Source of the DNA: a virus
Taxonomy: Duplodnaviria > Caudoviricetes
IMG/VR virus record: IMGVR_UViG_3300013119_000172
Location: 1-53,641 of that record
Direction: 5' to 3' (one strand)
Length of the DNA: 53,641 nt
Part shown: positions 26,327 to 35,778 of the stretch, piece after piece
How the letters are laid out: every line of letters begins with the position of its first letter
Position numbering within the stretch: the stretch's first letter is position 1
Notes under the pieces: model-generated
Seen by the model: only the letters and a program-made list of their open reading frames with translations
The model's database searches: none
What the model was told of the DNA's origin: nothing
Program-made: the position numbers and the translations under genes

Positions 26327-26575
26327 TTAACTGTCCTTTAAATTGCTTCGGCGGCGTGGCCTATAAATATGTTCTCGCAAGGTATACTTATGAATATCTT
26401 CAAAAATAGACGGACCATATTGAAGACGTTCTTGTTCATATGATGAAATATTCATCGGGCCGAAGCCGGCTTGTTTTAAAAGGTCATTGACTTCTCGTAA
26501 TGTGCTCTTCATATGGTGAATGGCGGTTATTGTGATTAGTCTCTCGACTGGTTGTTTTGGTGTACCTCTGGGCAT
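26327..26575 (-). CDS. Hypothetical protein, paralog of 26884..27120
   Basis: AAGGA RBS; colinear similarity to 26884..27120. Confidence 0.7.
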   Translation of the reverse strand: MPRGTPKQPVERLITITAIHHMKSTLREVNDLLKQAGFGPMNISSYEQERLQYGPSIFEDIHKYTLREHIYRPRRRSNLKDS

Positions 26576-26602
26576 TACTTCTTTCCTTTTTCTATTTGTT
26601 TA

Positions 26603-26887
26603 CTATAACACATCTTCCTTCTCGAAAACTTCGGTGTCGTATACGCTGAAGTCTCCAGAGTCAGGGATCATCGTGCTGTACCAGCGATCTTCTTCGAAGT
26701 CTCCCCAATCGACTGTCGGAAACTTGAATTTGCCTGCTTCTCGCTGGGCATCTAATCGAGCCAATGCAATGGCCGATGCCTCCTCTTCTGTCTTGGCCTC
26801 TACTTCTACGGCCATGGAGCCGTAGGCTTCAAGGCGGACTTCTACGTTGTATTTAGTCACTTCTTCTCCTTTAGTGGCTCTGCTCAT
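26603..26887 (-). CDS. Hypothetical protein
   Basis: KYNVEV...VEVEAKTEEEA motif common in small phage proteins. Confidence 0.65.
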   Translation of the reverse strand: MSRATKGEEVTKYNVEVRLEAYGSMAVEVEAKTEEEASAIALARLDAQREAGKFKFPTVDWGDFEEDRWYSTMIPDSGDFSVYDTEVFEKEDVL

Positions 26888-27120
26888 TTTTTATCCTTTA
26901 TATCTGTCCAAGTCTTCGCATTGCTAATCATCTCTTCGAGAGTGAAAGCACCGCTCTCGATTGCCGGCAGATAAGTGCTTGTCATCTGAGTCCATGAACT
27001 CTCTGGTACTTTGTCATATCCCACTGCCGCGAGCAGATTGTTGACAAATCGGAAGCTAAGCCCTTGCTTTACTCCCATTAACAGCACAGCTCTACGCACC
27101 CTTCTTTCTTCTCTAGTCAT
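26884..27120 (-). CDS. Hypothetical protein, paralog of 26327..26575
   Basis: AAGGAG RBS. Confidence 0.7.
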   Translation of the reverse strand: MTREERRVRRAVLLMGVKQGLSFRFVNNLLAAVGYDKVPESSWTQMTSTYLPAIESGAFTLEEMISNAKTWTDIKDKK

Positions 27121-27160
27121 CTCGGTTCTCCTTGGTTTGTTGTGTATTTAGAACAAGCCT

Positions 27161-27643
27161 TCATCTTTCTATTGCTCCAAATGATGGGGATGGTCCCCAA
27201 GGTGGGATCTTGGTAAATACCACGATCATTGATGGAAAGGGTGCGCTGTTAGAGCTGTCGCCAAACTTTAACCTGCCTTTGACAAAAAAGACTTCATCTG
27301 CTTGCATGACGTATTCGTGGAAGTACTTTGTGTCCGTTCTTGCAGGCAAAAGCATTACAACTTTTGTATTAGGTTTTTGTGACTCTTGAAAGCCCTTTTT
27401 AATCCAATCGGAAATTCCCCTGCCATATGGCGGATTTACAAATACTGTATGACCTGCCCAATCTTGCGATAAGCCATCGTCTTCTTCTGTGAAGTGTCTA
27501 GCGCACTTTGCATTGTCGTCACTGGAGCAGGGATCGAGGTTAAATGGGCCGAAGCGCCAGTTTAGTTTGTCATAGAAGTCTTGCGGGGTTGCCCATACTC
27601 CTGTCTCAGAACTAAACATCGTTCGTTGTGTTGCTTTATTCAT
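27161..27643 (-). CDS. Phage N6-adenine DNA methyltransferase (lambdoid/T1 Dam-like family)
   Basis: WATP, LDPC, DGLSQDW, VFVNPPY, LLPARTDT, GRLKF; start MNKA after AAGGAG. Confidence 0.9.
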   Translation of the reverse strand: MNKATQRTMFSSETGVWATPQDFYDKLNWRFGPFNLDPCSSDDNAKCARHFTEEDDGLSQDWAGHTVFVNPPYGRGISDWIKKGFQESQKPNTKVVMLLPARTDTKYFHEYVMQADEVFFVKGRLKFGDSSNSAPFPSMIVVFTKIPPWGPSPSFGAIER

Positions 27644-27727
27644 TGTTTCTCCTTTATTTTCTGAACCCACTTGTCCATACCTGAGTCTTGGATCTTTTTT
27701 ACTCAAAACAGTTGTAAACTTCTTTAT

Positions 27728-27910
27728 TCATAAACCTTCTCCATCAAACTTATCTCGCAGTTTGTTTTCTAAATCTCCGAGTTCTGCTTGTAGAAACTCT
27801 ATTACTCTCTCGTTATTCATCCGGGTTTCAAATGTAAAATCAAGTTCAGATTCTTTAACAAGTTCCCACAATTTAATATCACATTCATACTTAAGAATCA
27901 CTTCATCCAT
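27728..27910 (-). CDS. Hypothetical protein
   Basis: Overlaps the dut stop; GGAG RBS. Confidence 0.6.
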   Translation of the reverse strand: MDEVILKYECDIKLWELVKESELDFTFETRMNNERVIEFLQAELGDLENKLRDKFDGEGL

Positions 27911-28361
27911 CGGTACTCCCTAGTGCGCCTGAGCCGCGAGCACTGATAGTCATAGGTTCCCTATAAAGTTCGCCTGTGTTGCTTTCTCTTGATCTAAAAT
28001 GTACAACCGGTATCAAGACCATCTGAGCAATTTTATCGCCGCCAGAGATGACTTGCTGCTCCTTACCGACGTTGTGGAGATTAATGAACACCTCTCCGTC
28101 ATAGCCGCTATCCACAACGCATGCCCCCACCAAAAGGTTTCGCTTGGCAGCAATACTAGATCTGTTCTTCACTTCTAACATATAGCCGTGTGGGATACCA
28201 AAGCGCAACCCTATTGGGATAATGGCACAATGGCCAGGTGGAATATTGATAAACTCATTCGGGAGAGTTGGCGAATAGAAAACATCTAGGCCAGCGTCAG
28301 ATGGGTTTGCTCTATCGGGATCATATGCGTCTTCTCGCACCTTAGCATATTCTAATATCAT
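27903..28361 (-). CDS. dut: Trimeric dUTPase
   Basis: AGLD, RSS, VVDSGYDGE, IAQ, RGSGALGST motifs I-V. Confidence 0.95.
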   Translation of the reverse strand: MILEYAKVREDAYDPDRANPSDAGLDVFYSPTLPNEFINIPPGHCAIIPIGLRFGIPHGYMLEVKNRSSIAAKRNLLVGACVVDSGYDGEVFINLHNVGKEQQVISGGDKIAQMVLIPVVHFRSRESNTGELYREPMTISARGSGALGSTDG

Positions 28362-28609
28362 TCATCACCTGTTGGTCTCAGTAGGCGATAAGCGTCCACC
28401 AAATCATCTATATCGAAATTGTCTTTGAAGAGCCTGTATGCCTTAACAGCTGTGCGTAGCTGGTCGGTGTTTAGCCATCCGTTGTCGCGGAATTCGTTCC
28501 GCAGGTCTCTTTTTTGGTCTACATAGACGCTCATTTCGTCTTCAATAGCAGCAAGTGAGCGGATGTATTCTTTTATGTATCGGTTTAGGGTCTCTTTGTC
28601 GTGTCTCAA
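28358..28609 (-). CDS. Small helical protein, possibly a T4 DsbA/GapR-like DNA-binding protein
   Basis: YIRSLAAIEDEM...KRDLRNEF...LRTAVK pattern; AGGAGG RBS with TTG start. Confidence 0.5.
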   Translation of the reverse strand: MRHDKETLNRYIKEYIRSLAAIEDEMSVYVDQKRDLRNEFRDNGWLNTDQLRTAVKAYRLFKDNFDIDDLVDAYRLLRPTGDE

Positions 28610-28640
28610 TGTAATCCTCCTAGTTTTGGCTTACTCTTAT

Positions 28641-28669
28641 AATATAACATATATGGAGAGTGAAGTCAA
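28641..28669 (-). promoter_or_regulatory. Sigma70-type promoter TTGACT-17-TATATT
   Basis: Intergenic, TG extension. Confidence 0.8.
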
Positions 28670-28679
28670 GTGCTTTTGT

Positions 28680-29345
28680 TTAAATTTTGAATATTTGTTT
28701 TACGAACTGTTTGACTAATATTTCTTTTTGTTCTTCTGTCTCACATTCTGAGAAAAGGTAGTTGTAGGTTCTTTTTTCATTCTCTGATTGTTCCGAGAGT
28801 TTCTTGAACTCTCTGCTCATCCATCTAATTTGCTGCTCATGGTTCTTGGGGACAGGTATCTTATTTTTCTCGGCATATTCCAATAGTGTGAAGTATTGGT
28901 GCTTGTCCAGTGCTTTGTTGATTGCTAAGAACATTCTTATTTTATCATCTCTCTCTTCACTTGTCAAGTAAATATTCAAAGTATCTGGATGACACAAGGT
29001 GGCTAATTTCTTGTATAGCTTAGAAAACTCATTGTGCATCTCTATTTCATCTTGGGTCATCTGTAAATCGCTGTCTTTTTCAAAGTCTCTGCCATCATGT
29101 CTCACTAGCGCATATTCAAGTGGATCAGTTTCAAGATCTTCGGAAGGTGATGGCACTGGGGCTAGTTTGGCGTCTTTTGTTGGGGGACTTATATCAATGT
29201 TATTTTTAACACAATACTCCAAGTAGTATTTTTGAAATTCTGGACCGAATTCGTCGACCACTTCCTTGATAAGTTCTATTTCTTCGTTAATGAAGCGCAA
29301 TTTGTTTAGGTTACGCTTCCAGCGTATTTTGCTAGATACAGACAC
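28680..29345 (-). CDS. J-domain (DnaJ-like) protein
   Basis: LYKKLATLCHPD...FLAINKA: HPD motif between helices. Confidence 0.75.
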   Translation of the reverse strand: MSVSSKIRWKRNLNKLRFINEEIELIKEVVDEFGPEFQKYYLEYCVKNNIDISPPTKDAKLAPVPSPSEDLETDPLEYALVRHDGRDFEKDSDLQMTQDEIEMHNEFSKLYKKLATLCHPDTLNIYLTSEERDDKIRMFLAINKALDKHQYFTLLEYAEKNKIPVPKNHEQQIRWMSREFKKLSEQSENEKRTYNYLFSECETEEQKEILVKQFVKQIFKI

Positions 29346-29377
29346 ATCTCACCCTCCCAATGTAAATAGTTAATCGA

Positions 29378-29983
29378 CTACTTGAAGTCAAACTCAACTT
29401 TCACCGTGATCGATAGCTCCGGAATGTGTCCATGCGTAGCTAAGTTGTGCTTCTTTGCTTCATCTAATTCTAGGAACCAATCCGCATGGCCTCTCTCGTG
29501 AACAATGTCCAAAAAATAGTCTTTATGTTTGCCGCAGTTATCTGCCATCATGTTATATATTTTTTGATTTAGTCTCTCAGTTTCTTCTGCTGATGCCTTT
29601 ATTTCTTCTATTTTGCCCCAAGACATAGATGACACATCGTGAATCATTAAGGTTGCATCTGGATCCATGTAACGATAACCATCTGCCCCAAAGCTAAACA
29701 GAATAGCGCCACAAGACATTGCTTTTCCTTGCACTATTGTTGCAACTGGTATCCTAGAGTGTTTGATATCTGAAATCATTGACATTAAGCTGTAAACTTG
29801 TCCACCATAGCTATCGATAATAATCGGAACTAGTGGTTGGCCAGTGTTTTGAGCGACTCTCATTTGTTTCGAGAAGTCTTTTGCTGACTGCTCTGTGAAT
29901 TTGTTAACTCGTATGACGACCGGTAGATCCTCACGAAGCTCATTGTCTTTTAAGAGAGGACAATCTCTTTTTAATATGTTCAT
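29378..29983 (-). CDS. clpP: ClpP-like protease (copy 2)
   Basis: IDSYGG, AMSCG (catalytic Ser), MIHD, DWFLELDEA. Confidence 0.88.
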   Translation of the reverse strand: MNILKRDCPLLKDNELREDLPVVIRVNKFTEQSAKDFSKQMRVAQNTGQPLVPIIIDSYGGQVYSLMSMISDIKHSRIPVATIVQGKAMSCGAILFSFGADGYRYMDPDATLMIHDVSSMSWGKIEEIKASAEETERLNQKIYNMMADNCGKHKDYFLDIVHERGHADWFLELDEAKKHNLATHGHIPELSITVKVEFDFK

Positions 29984-29986
29984 TTA

Positions 29987-32900
29987 TTATCCCAATAGTC
30001 TGAATGTTTTTCCAACAGCGTATGTGGAGAAGCCCCACTTGGGATCGTACTTCAATCGTGACATATAAGGTTTATTTAAATGTATCCGATCTTTACCTTT
30101 ACGAATTCCCCAACACCTTATTTTAGTTAGTTCGTTGTTAGAATCTATTACCTCTACTATCCAATAATCTTCTCCTTTCTTTGTCTTCTTGGGAATTACT
30201 TTTCTCGGTATAAACCAACACAAATGTAGCTCTGGGTCAAATTCAGAAATTGGTGGGACGTGTCGTTCTTTCAGTTTTTCAATCGTCTGTTCATTGATTA
30301 CAAGATTCATTGGAAAGACTCCAGTTAGATCTGTCTTAAACTGTATTATTTCTTCCTCAGAAAAATCTCCCTCTGGTTTGTAGAGCCCTATGTTGTCCTT
30401 GAGGCGCTTCTCTGTCTTTGGTCTGTCTACGATACAGGCTGACCAAAAGTGCTTACGCCCTGTGAACCTTTCATCAACTAATCCATCCAATGCGCCGCCG
30501 CGACACAAGGCATCAAGGCACTTCTTGTTCAACTTACTGTATGTTACCCCTTCCTTGAACAATAGCTCTTCGGCAGTCGTAAATGGTCTATTTTCCAATA
30601 CTTGGACAATGGCAGCATCACCAAGACCTTTAATTGAAGTAAGTGGTTGAATGAGCGTCTTACTGTCATCACTTATTTCCCATACTCGGCCTGATTTGTT
30701 GATATCAAGTGGTGCAAGCTCAAATCCACTACTCTTGACAATATTAATTGCTTTTTCTTTTCTACTCTCTGGTTCTTTATCAAGAAATGCTGCAGCCCAT
30801 TCACTGGGGAAATGTGTCCACAGCCAAGCACATTGATAAGAGATGATACTGTATGCCGTTGCATGATTCTTTGAAAACCCATATTTCGCAAAGCCAGCCA
30901 TTAAGTCCCAAATCTCTTCGGCTGTGCCAATAGTCATGCCATTATCGTTAGCCCCCTCAATGAATTGCTCTCTGAATTTAACCAGAAGGTGTTCTTTTCC
31001 TGTGCCTTTTTTGGTTAACAGTTTGCGAATAGTGTTTCCGTCATCCCTAGAGATATCTTTACCTATTCTGTGAGTTATTTCAGAAATCTGCTCTTGATAA
31101 ATGATGTGACCAAATGTTTCTTCTGTGATCTCTCTAAAGATCGGATGATACCACTTAATGTCGGTTGGGTCGTCTTTGGCAGCAATATATTGGTCATTTA
31201 CGCGACCGGCCAATGGCCCAGGTCTAAAAATGCTAGTCACTGCTGATATTTCTGCAATGGTCTTTGGTGCCACTTCTTTACAGAAACCCTGTGCACCATC
31301 GTTACTAAACTGGAATGTACCTGCGAAATTTCCCTTGCGGAAGACATATTCGTATACTTTTTGGTCGGTTAAATCAAGGACATCAGGATGGAGCGTGTCA
31401 TCATAATATTTCTTTATCTCTGCAAAGGTTGGTTCGCTTGTGCCGTGGTGGCGCTTTAAGATGTGCTCGATGCAGCCCTCGATCATCCTTAGTGTAGATA
31501 GCCCAAGAAGATCAAACTTAATAAACCCTAATGGCTCCAAGTGGCGGACATTCTGGCCCTCTGACCAAGGGGACTGTATAACACCGCCGCTGTTGATAAG
31601 CGGCATGTTGCTGTTTAGGTTCTCAGATACCAAAAGGCCACCTGCGTGTCTGGAATTGCTTCTTCTTTGGCCAACAAGTGAGCCTACTTGTTCTTCGACT
31701 TCTGGGTATTTCATTAAAAATTGTTTTAATGACGGAGAAAACATCCGCAACTCATCCCAATTCGGAGTATGCACTCCTGACACAATATTGTTTAATCTTT
31801 TAGCCTCCGGCATAGCTTCGCGTCCCATTGCGCTAGTTACGGTATTCACCTCATTGAACGGCACCCCGTGCAGCTTACTGATATCCTTAACCAGTGATTT
31901 TACTTGCAGAGTGTTCCAGTTGGAAATAGGAGCAACGCAGTCGTCTCCCCACATCTCAACCAGCTTCTCTTTCAGCAGCATACTGTCAGATATGTCAGTA
32001 TCAATGTCCGGATAATCTACTGCATCTGAGCGCAAAAAACGCTCAAACGGAAGGTCATAGGCAATAGGGTCAACTTGTGTAATACCAAGAACATATGCAG
32101 TCAACGAACCAACTGCACTCCCTCTTCCTGGCCCAACTAGCATAGACTTATTGGCTACATCGATGATAGCCGCCATCGTGAGGAAGTATTTGGAGAAGCC
32201 CCTGTCGTTAATGACACCAAGTTCATGTTTTAGACGCTCGACATATTCTGGCTTATTGTTCAAGCCTTTGTTTTTCAGTCCTTCTACGGCTATCTTCACT
32301 ATTGCCTGTGTGTCTGTTAGGCCATCTGGTACAACAAAATCTGGTAGTCTGACAGTCGTATCTGGCATAAATGATTCTATACGCTCATGTGCTATCGCAT
32401 ATGTTTCCTCAATGCTTTGCCTAACAACCTCATCATCATATTCTGTTTTATTTATTTCAGAGAATCGCTTATAGTTCTCCCACATCTGATCACCATTCTT
32501 GGGATACAGTTCGCATTTGGTGTCCTCAATAGTTTTTGGAAGAAAGTCGTCGTCTTCGGCGAACGATGGCTTTCCTCTTCCTAGCCAACCAAGGCGCTTA
32601 TATAATTCACGATCACGCCAAGCGGCCTTCGTCGGATAGTGACTATCGGCAGTGGAAATTAACTTAAGATTGAACTCTTCAGCTATTTGAATAATAAACT
32701 TATTTAATTCATGTTGTTCTGGGATATTGTGCCATTGGAGTTCTGGATACCACCTGTCTCCGAAGATATCAACCATCCTCCTAGTTGACTCCCTCATTGC
32801 CTCTAAGACTGCTTCTGTGCCCTCATCTCTGTGTTCCCAATAGCTTCCAGCGTAAATTCCACCTAAACAAGCACTTGCTGCAATTATGCCCTCATTGTGT

Positions 32901-33418
32901 TTCTCTAGCATATCGTAATCCATCCTAGGATAACGATAGAAGTTCTCTTTAGCATGGCTTGCCGAAATCAAAGCAAACAAGTTATTTAAACCCTTCTGGT
33001 TCTGGGCTAGTAGGACTAGATGGCGACGGCGGCGTAGCGGATCAGTCTTCTTTTTACTGGAGCCTTCGTCTTCTGATGTGCCACCCTTGGCTTCTTTTTT
33101 CAAAGCTTTGGCTTTCTTTTTGTCAGCCATCGCTGTCGCGTAATCCTCTCTCCAGTCGGCAATAGATGGAATAAAATAAGCCTCACAGCCAAAAATGGGC
33201 TTGAATACTCTACCTTCTGCTGCCATCTTTTTTGCGTGCAACACTTGATAAGAGAGACCATTAGCATTCCCGTGATCAGTGAGTGCTAATGCATCCATAC
33301 CGTTGGCATATGCAGAGTCCATATGTTCGTCTGGTAATCCCAATGCGTCGAAAATAGACCCTGCGACACTGTGAGCATGAAGGCCAACAAATTTAATAGT
33401 TGATTTAGTACGTTTCAT
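29987..33418 (-). CDS. dnaE: DNA polymerase III alpha subunit (family C)
   Basis: PHP motifs LHAHS, TDHG, GCEAY, DSHY; GRGSA; catalytic PDIDTD; HAGG; KFDLLGL; YGFSKNHA; SIKGLG. Confidence 0.96.
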   Translation of the reverse strand: MKRTKSTIKFVGLHAHSVAGSIFDALGLPDEHMDSAYANGMDALALTDHGNANGLSYQVLHAKKMAAEGRVFKPIFGCEAYFIPSIADWREDYATAMADKKKAKALKKEAKGGTSEDEGSSKKKTDPLRRRRHLVLLAQNQKGLNNLFALISASHAKENFYRYPRMDYDMLEKHNEGIIAASACLGGIYAGSYWEHRDEGTEAVLEAMRESTRRMVDIFGDRWYPELQWHNIPEQHELNKFIIQIAEEFNLKLISTADSHYPTKAAWRDRELYKRLGWLGRGKPSFAEDDDFLPKTIEDTKCELYPKNGDQMWENYKRFSEINKTEYDDEVVRQSIEETYAIAHERIESFMPDTTVRLPDFVVPDGLTDTQAIVKIAVEGLKNKGLNNKPEYVERLKHELGVINDRGFSKYFLTMAAIIDVANKSMLVGPGRGSAVGSLTAYVLGITQVDPIAYDLPFERFLRSDAVDYPDIDTDISDSMLLKEKLVEMWGDDCVAPISNWNTLQVKSLVKDISKLHGVPFNEVNTVTSAMGREAMPEAKRLNNIVSGVHTPNWDELRMFSPSLKQFLMKYPEVEEQVGSLVGQRRSNSRHAGGLLVSENLNSNMPLINSGGVIQSPWSEGQNVRHLEPLGFIKFDLLGLSTLRMIEGCIEHILKRHHGTSEPTFAEIKKYYDDTLHPDVLDLTDQKVYEYVFRKGNFAGTFQFSNDGAQGFCKEVAPKTIAEISAVTSIFRPGPLAGRVNDQYIAAKDDPTDIKWYHPIFREITEETFGHIIYQEQISEITHRIGKDISRDDGNTIRKLLTKKGTGKEHLLVKFREQFIEGANDNGMTIGTAEEIWDLMAGFAKYGFSKNHATAYSIISYQCAWLWTHFPSEWAAAFLDKEPESRKEKAINIVKSSGFELAPLDINKSGRVWEISDDSKTLIQPLTSIKGLGDAAIVQVLENRPFTTAEELLFKEGVTYSKLNKKCLDALCRGGALDGLVDERFTGRKHFWSACIVDRPKTEKRLKDNIGLYKPEGDFSEEEIIQFKTDLTGVFPMNLVINEQTIEKLKERHVPPISEFDPELHLCWFIPRKVIPKKTKKGEDYWIVEVIDSNNELTKIRCWGIRKGKDRIHLNKPYMSRLKYDPKWGFSTYAVGKTFRLLG

Positions 33419-34296
33419 TCTTCCCCTTTTTCTATACACATTTTATCATGTCTGTGTGGGTTTGTCAATAGCTTTTCTGGTGTTTCTATGTTATTGTCTG
33501 AGCCAAGGAAGTTACAATATTCCGACCAATTCGACATATCGTAATACCACTCCAAGATCATCTTGTGTGATGTTTTTTTTATCTCTAGTTCTGCGAATAC
33601 TTCTTTGATGCTCAAGTGACGAGCAGACCATCGATCTGCCAATGGTCTCTTTCGGCTGGGCATGTGCTCACCTGGCAGTGGGGGTAAATACTCTCTTGTA
33701 GTATTTTTGTTTATTGCATTACGACATTTTTTAAAGTCTGTACCAAACATTGTAAATGGCAAAGGCAAGCCATCTCTAATTGTCATATCGTTGTATGTCA
33801 GAAAGAAATTGTGCTTACTATCGCATATCTCTAGACGATGGGGTCGCAAATCATATATGTTATACATAGCCATCGGGAAGGCTACAAAGAACTTTTCTGG
33901 AATGACCCACTTAGAAATAGACCACGCCGTCATATAGGCTGACTGCATTCCACATAGAGCAGACCAACTGTACGAATCTCTACGCTCACGATCTTTCGGA
34001 CGTATCGGAACATAATAAATGGGTATCTCTCTACGATATTCTCTGTGGCCGCGATCTGTTCGTCGGCGATATAAGTATACAGGATCGTATATCCACTCAC
34101 CAACTCGTTTACGAATAATTGGAGCGAGATCGTCATTTGCGACAATCCAGATAGTCTTACATCCAGCCATAGCGCACTCAAATACAGCTTTTTGGATTGC
34201 TGTGTAATCTGGGTTTATTGGCAATAATATTTCTGGAGTATCTAGCTGAAAGTCACTCTTTAAATTGGCCACAGGGACTATTCCGGCTACATGCAT
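33415..34296 (-). CDS. Divergent nucleotide-diphospho-sugar transferase (NTP_transferase)-like protein
   Basis: AGIVPVA...P.ILLPI...AVFECAMAGCKTIWIV follows the fold's N-terminus, but the GxGxR motif is missing. Confidence 0.6.
   Translation of the reverse strand: MHVAGIVPVANLKSDFQLDTPEILLPINPDYTAIQKAVFECAMAGCKTIWIVANDDLAPIIRKRVGEWIYDPVYLYRRRTDRGHREYRREIPIYYVPIRPKDRERRDSYSWSALCGMQSAYMTAWSISKWVIPEKFFVAFPMAMYNIYDLRPHRLEICDSKHNFFLTYNDMTIRDGLPLPFTMFGTDFKKCRNAINKNTTREYLPPLPGEHMPSRKRPLADRWSARHLSIKEVFAELEIKKTSHKMILEWYYDMSNWSEYCNFLGSDNNIETPEKLLTNPHRHDKMCIEKGEE
33440..33468 (-). promoter_or_regulatory. Sigma70-type promoter TTGACA-17-TAAAAT for dnaE
   Basis: Embedded in the end of the upstream gene, about 20 nt before the dnaE start. 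Confidence 0.75.
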
Positions 34297-34301
34297 ATAG
34301 T

Positions 34302-35177
34302 CTACCTCTCTAAAAGTATATCGTAGGCCAAACAAGCTTCTGATAGCAGTGGGTATAAAGCCTCTTCCGTAATTCGAGGACTTTTGATATTTTCTGTCTC
34401 AATCCAAATCTTTTCATTTTTGTTCCGTAGTATTCTGGTGATGTATGAAGTTCTAAATTTGTAGTACTTGGGTGATCCATATTTGGGGCAATATCCGTTA
34501 AAGAGTCCCCGCATTCCCCTATTTTCCATCTCATTGACTACTTTGAATCTAGCCATTGTTTCCGAAAAGTCGAAAATCGAAGGATCTTCTCGTGACATCA
34601 CAGACACTGCACAAACATCTTTAACGCTACTATTGCCATCAATTCTATCGGTAGGATAGAACCATATTTGTTTAACAAAATCATCTTCTGTTTCAATGTA
34701 GTCAATGTCATGCTTGCCTCCACGATTGAATGCTATATAATCATAACACACTATTTTGTCATCTGCAACCTTTTTTTGCTCTAATATGTGTGTAATACCG
34801 GCGTCACCAAAAAAATAACACTTATCGAACTGTATTTCAGCTATTTTGGAATATTCATTTGAGCATATTATTTTATTTTCTCTATGTCGCATTGATGAAC
34901 ACAGATCAGATAATGGAACTAATCCCCGCATCGACATTATGAATATCATCTTTTCCCAAAGTATCGCCTTCTGTGACCCGAATATTAATGGTACGCCATG
35001 AGTTTTTACTTCTATCTTTGTGTTTTCGATTCCAATACAAGATAGATCTAAGTCTTCTGGTAAATAATCAAACCTGAAAGGACGTTCAGCTTCGGTAAAC
35101 ACAAGGGGAATCGAGTGTATAAATGCAAACATAACTGCCCGCAAGGAACTTCCAATGACTATCTCTTCATATATCAC
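34302..35177 (-). CDS. Hypothetical protein with degenerate Rossmann-like N-terminus
   Basis: YEEIVIGSSLRAVMFA resembles DxxVIGxGxxG. Confidence 0.6.
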   Translation of the reverse strand: MIYEEIVIGSSLRAVMFAFIHSIPLVFTEAERPFRFDYLPEDLDLSCIGIENTKIEVKTHGVPLIFGSQKAILWEKMIFIMSMRGLVPLSDLCSSMRHRENKIICSNEYSKIAEIQFDKCYFFGDAGITHILEQKKVADDKIVCYDYIAFNRGGKHDIDYIETEDDFVKQIWFYPTDRIDGNSSVKDVCAVSVMSREDPSIFDFSETMARFKVVNEMENRGMRGLFNGYCPKYGSPKYYKFRTSYITRILRNKNEKIWIETENIKSPRITEEALYPLLSEACLAYDILLER

Positions 35178-35778
35178 TATTTACCCGCAATCCATCAGAA
35201 CCATTACCTCCCATTTCTATCCTTGGGTGCATTATGTGGCCACGTCTAGAGATATGTTGATATCCAAGAGCATGTCCTATTTCGTGCTCTAGTATTCTCT
35301 TGGTCGATTTGGCATTAAACGTCATATTAATTTGTGCTGCCACGATCTCCCTATGGCCATCTTTAAAAACAGCATACGTAGTTATCGTGTTCGAAAGGTG
35401 TTTAAAGTCATATCCTGCTCCTGGATTAACTAAGAATATTGCACCAGCTTTCATCTCTAAGAAATCGCAGCGAATATCATAAATTTCTCCAAATACGTGA
35501 CCAAGAGACTCCCAAAACTTAACCGATTCAAAAACTCTCTCTCTGTTGAACATTAGCTCCTTACAGATGATTATATCTGGAGGTGTTGACCATTTTCCCT
35601 TTCTGTTTGGCGTTCTAGCTGTCGGGAACTGAAACGTAGGGGTTGAGCTATCCTCTAAAATATACTCTACTGGGGTAGGTATCTCTTTTTCTTTTATGTC
35701 CTCCGGAGGATCTATAGAACAAGCCATCAATAGAAAGAATATCTTAATCACTCTCACATACCCGTGTGGAGCGCTCAA
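35167..35778 (-). CDS. Matrixin/metzincin zinc metalloprotease, probable lipoprotein
   Basis: HEIGHALGYQH plus Met-turn IMHP; IFFLLMAC-S lipobox-like segment (true start probably a little downstream). Confidence 0.85.
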   Translation of the reverse strand: MSAPHGYVRVIKIFFLLMACSIDPPEDIKEKEIPTPVEYILEDSSTPTFQFPTARTPNRKGKWSTPPDIIICKELMFNRERVFESVKFWESLGHVFGEIYDIRCDFLEMKAGAIFLVNPGAGYDFKHLSNTITTYAVFKDGHREIVAAQINMTFNAKSTKRILEHEIGHALGYQHISRRGHIMHPRIEMGGNGSDGLRVNSDI

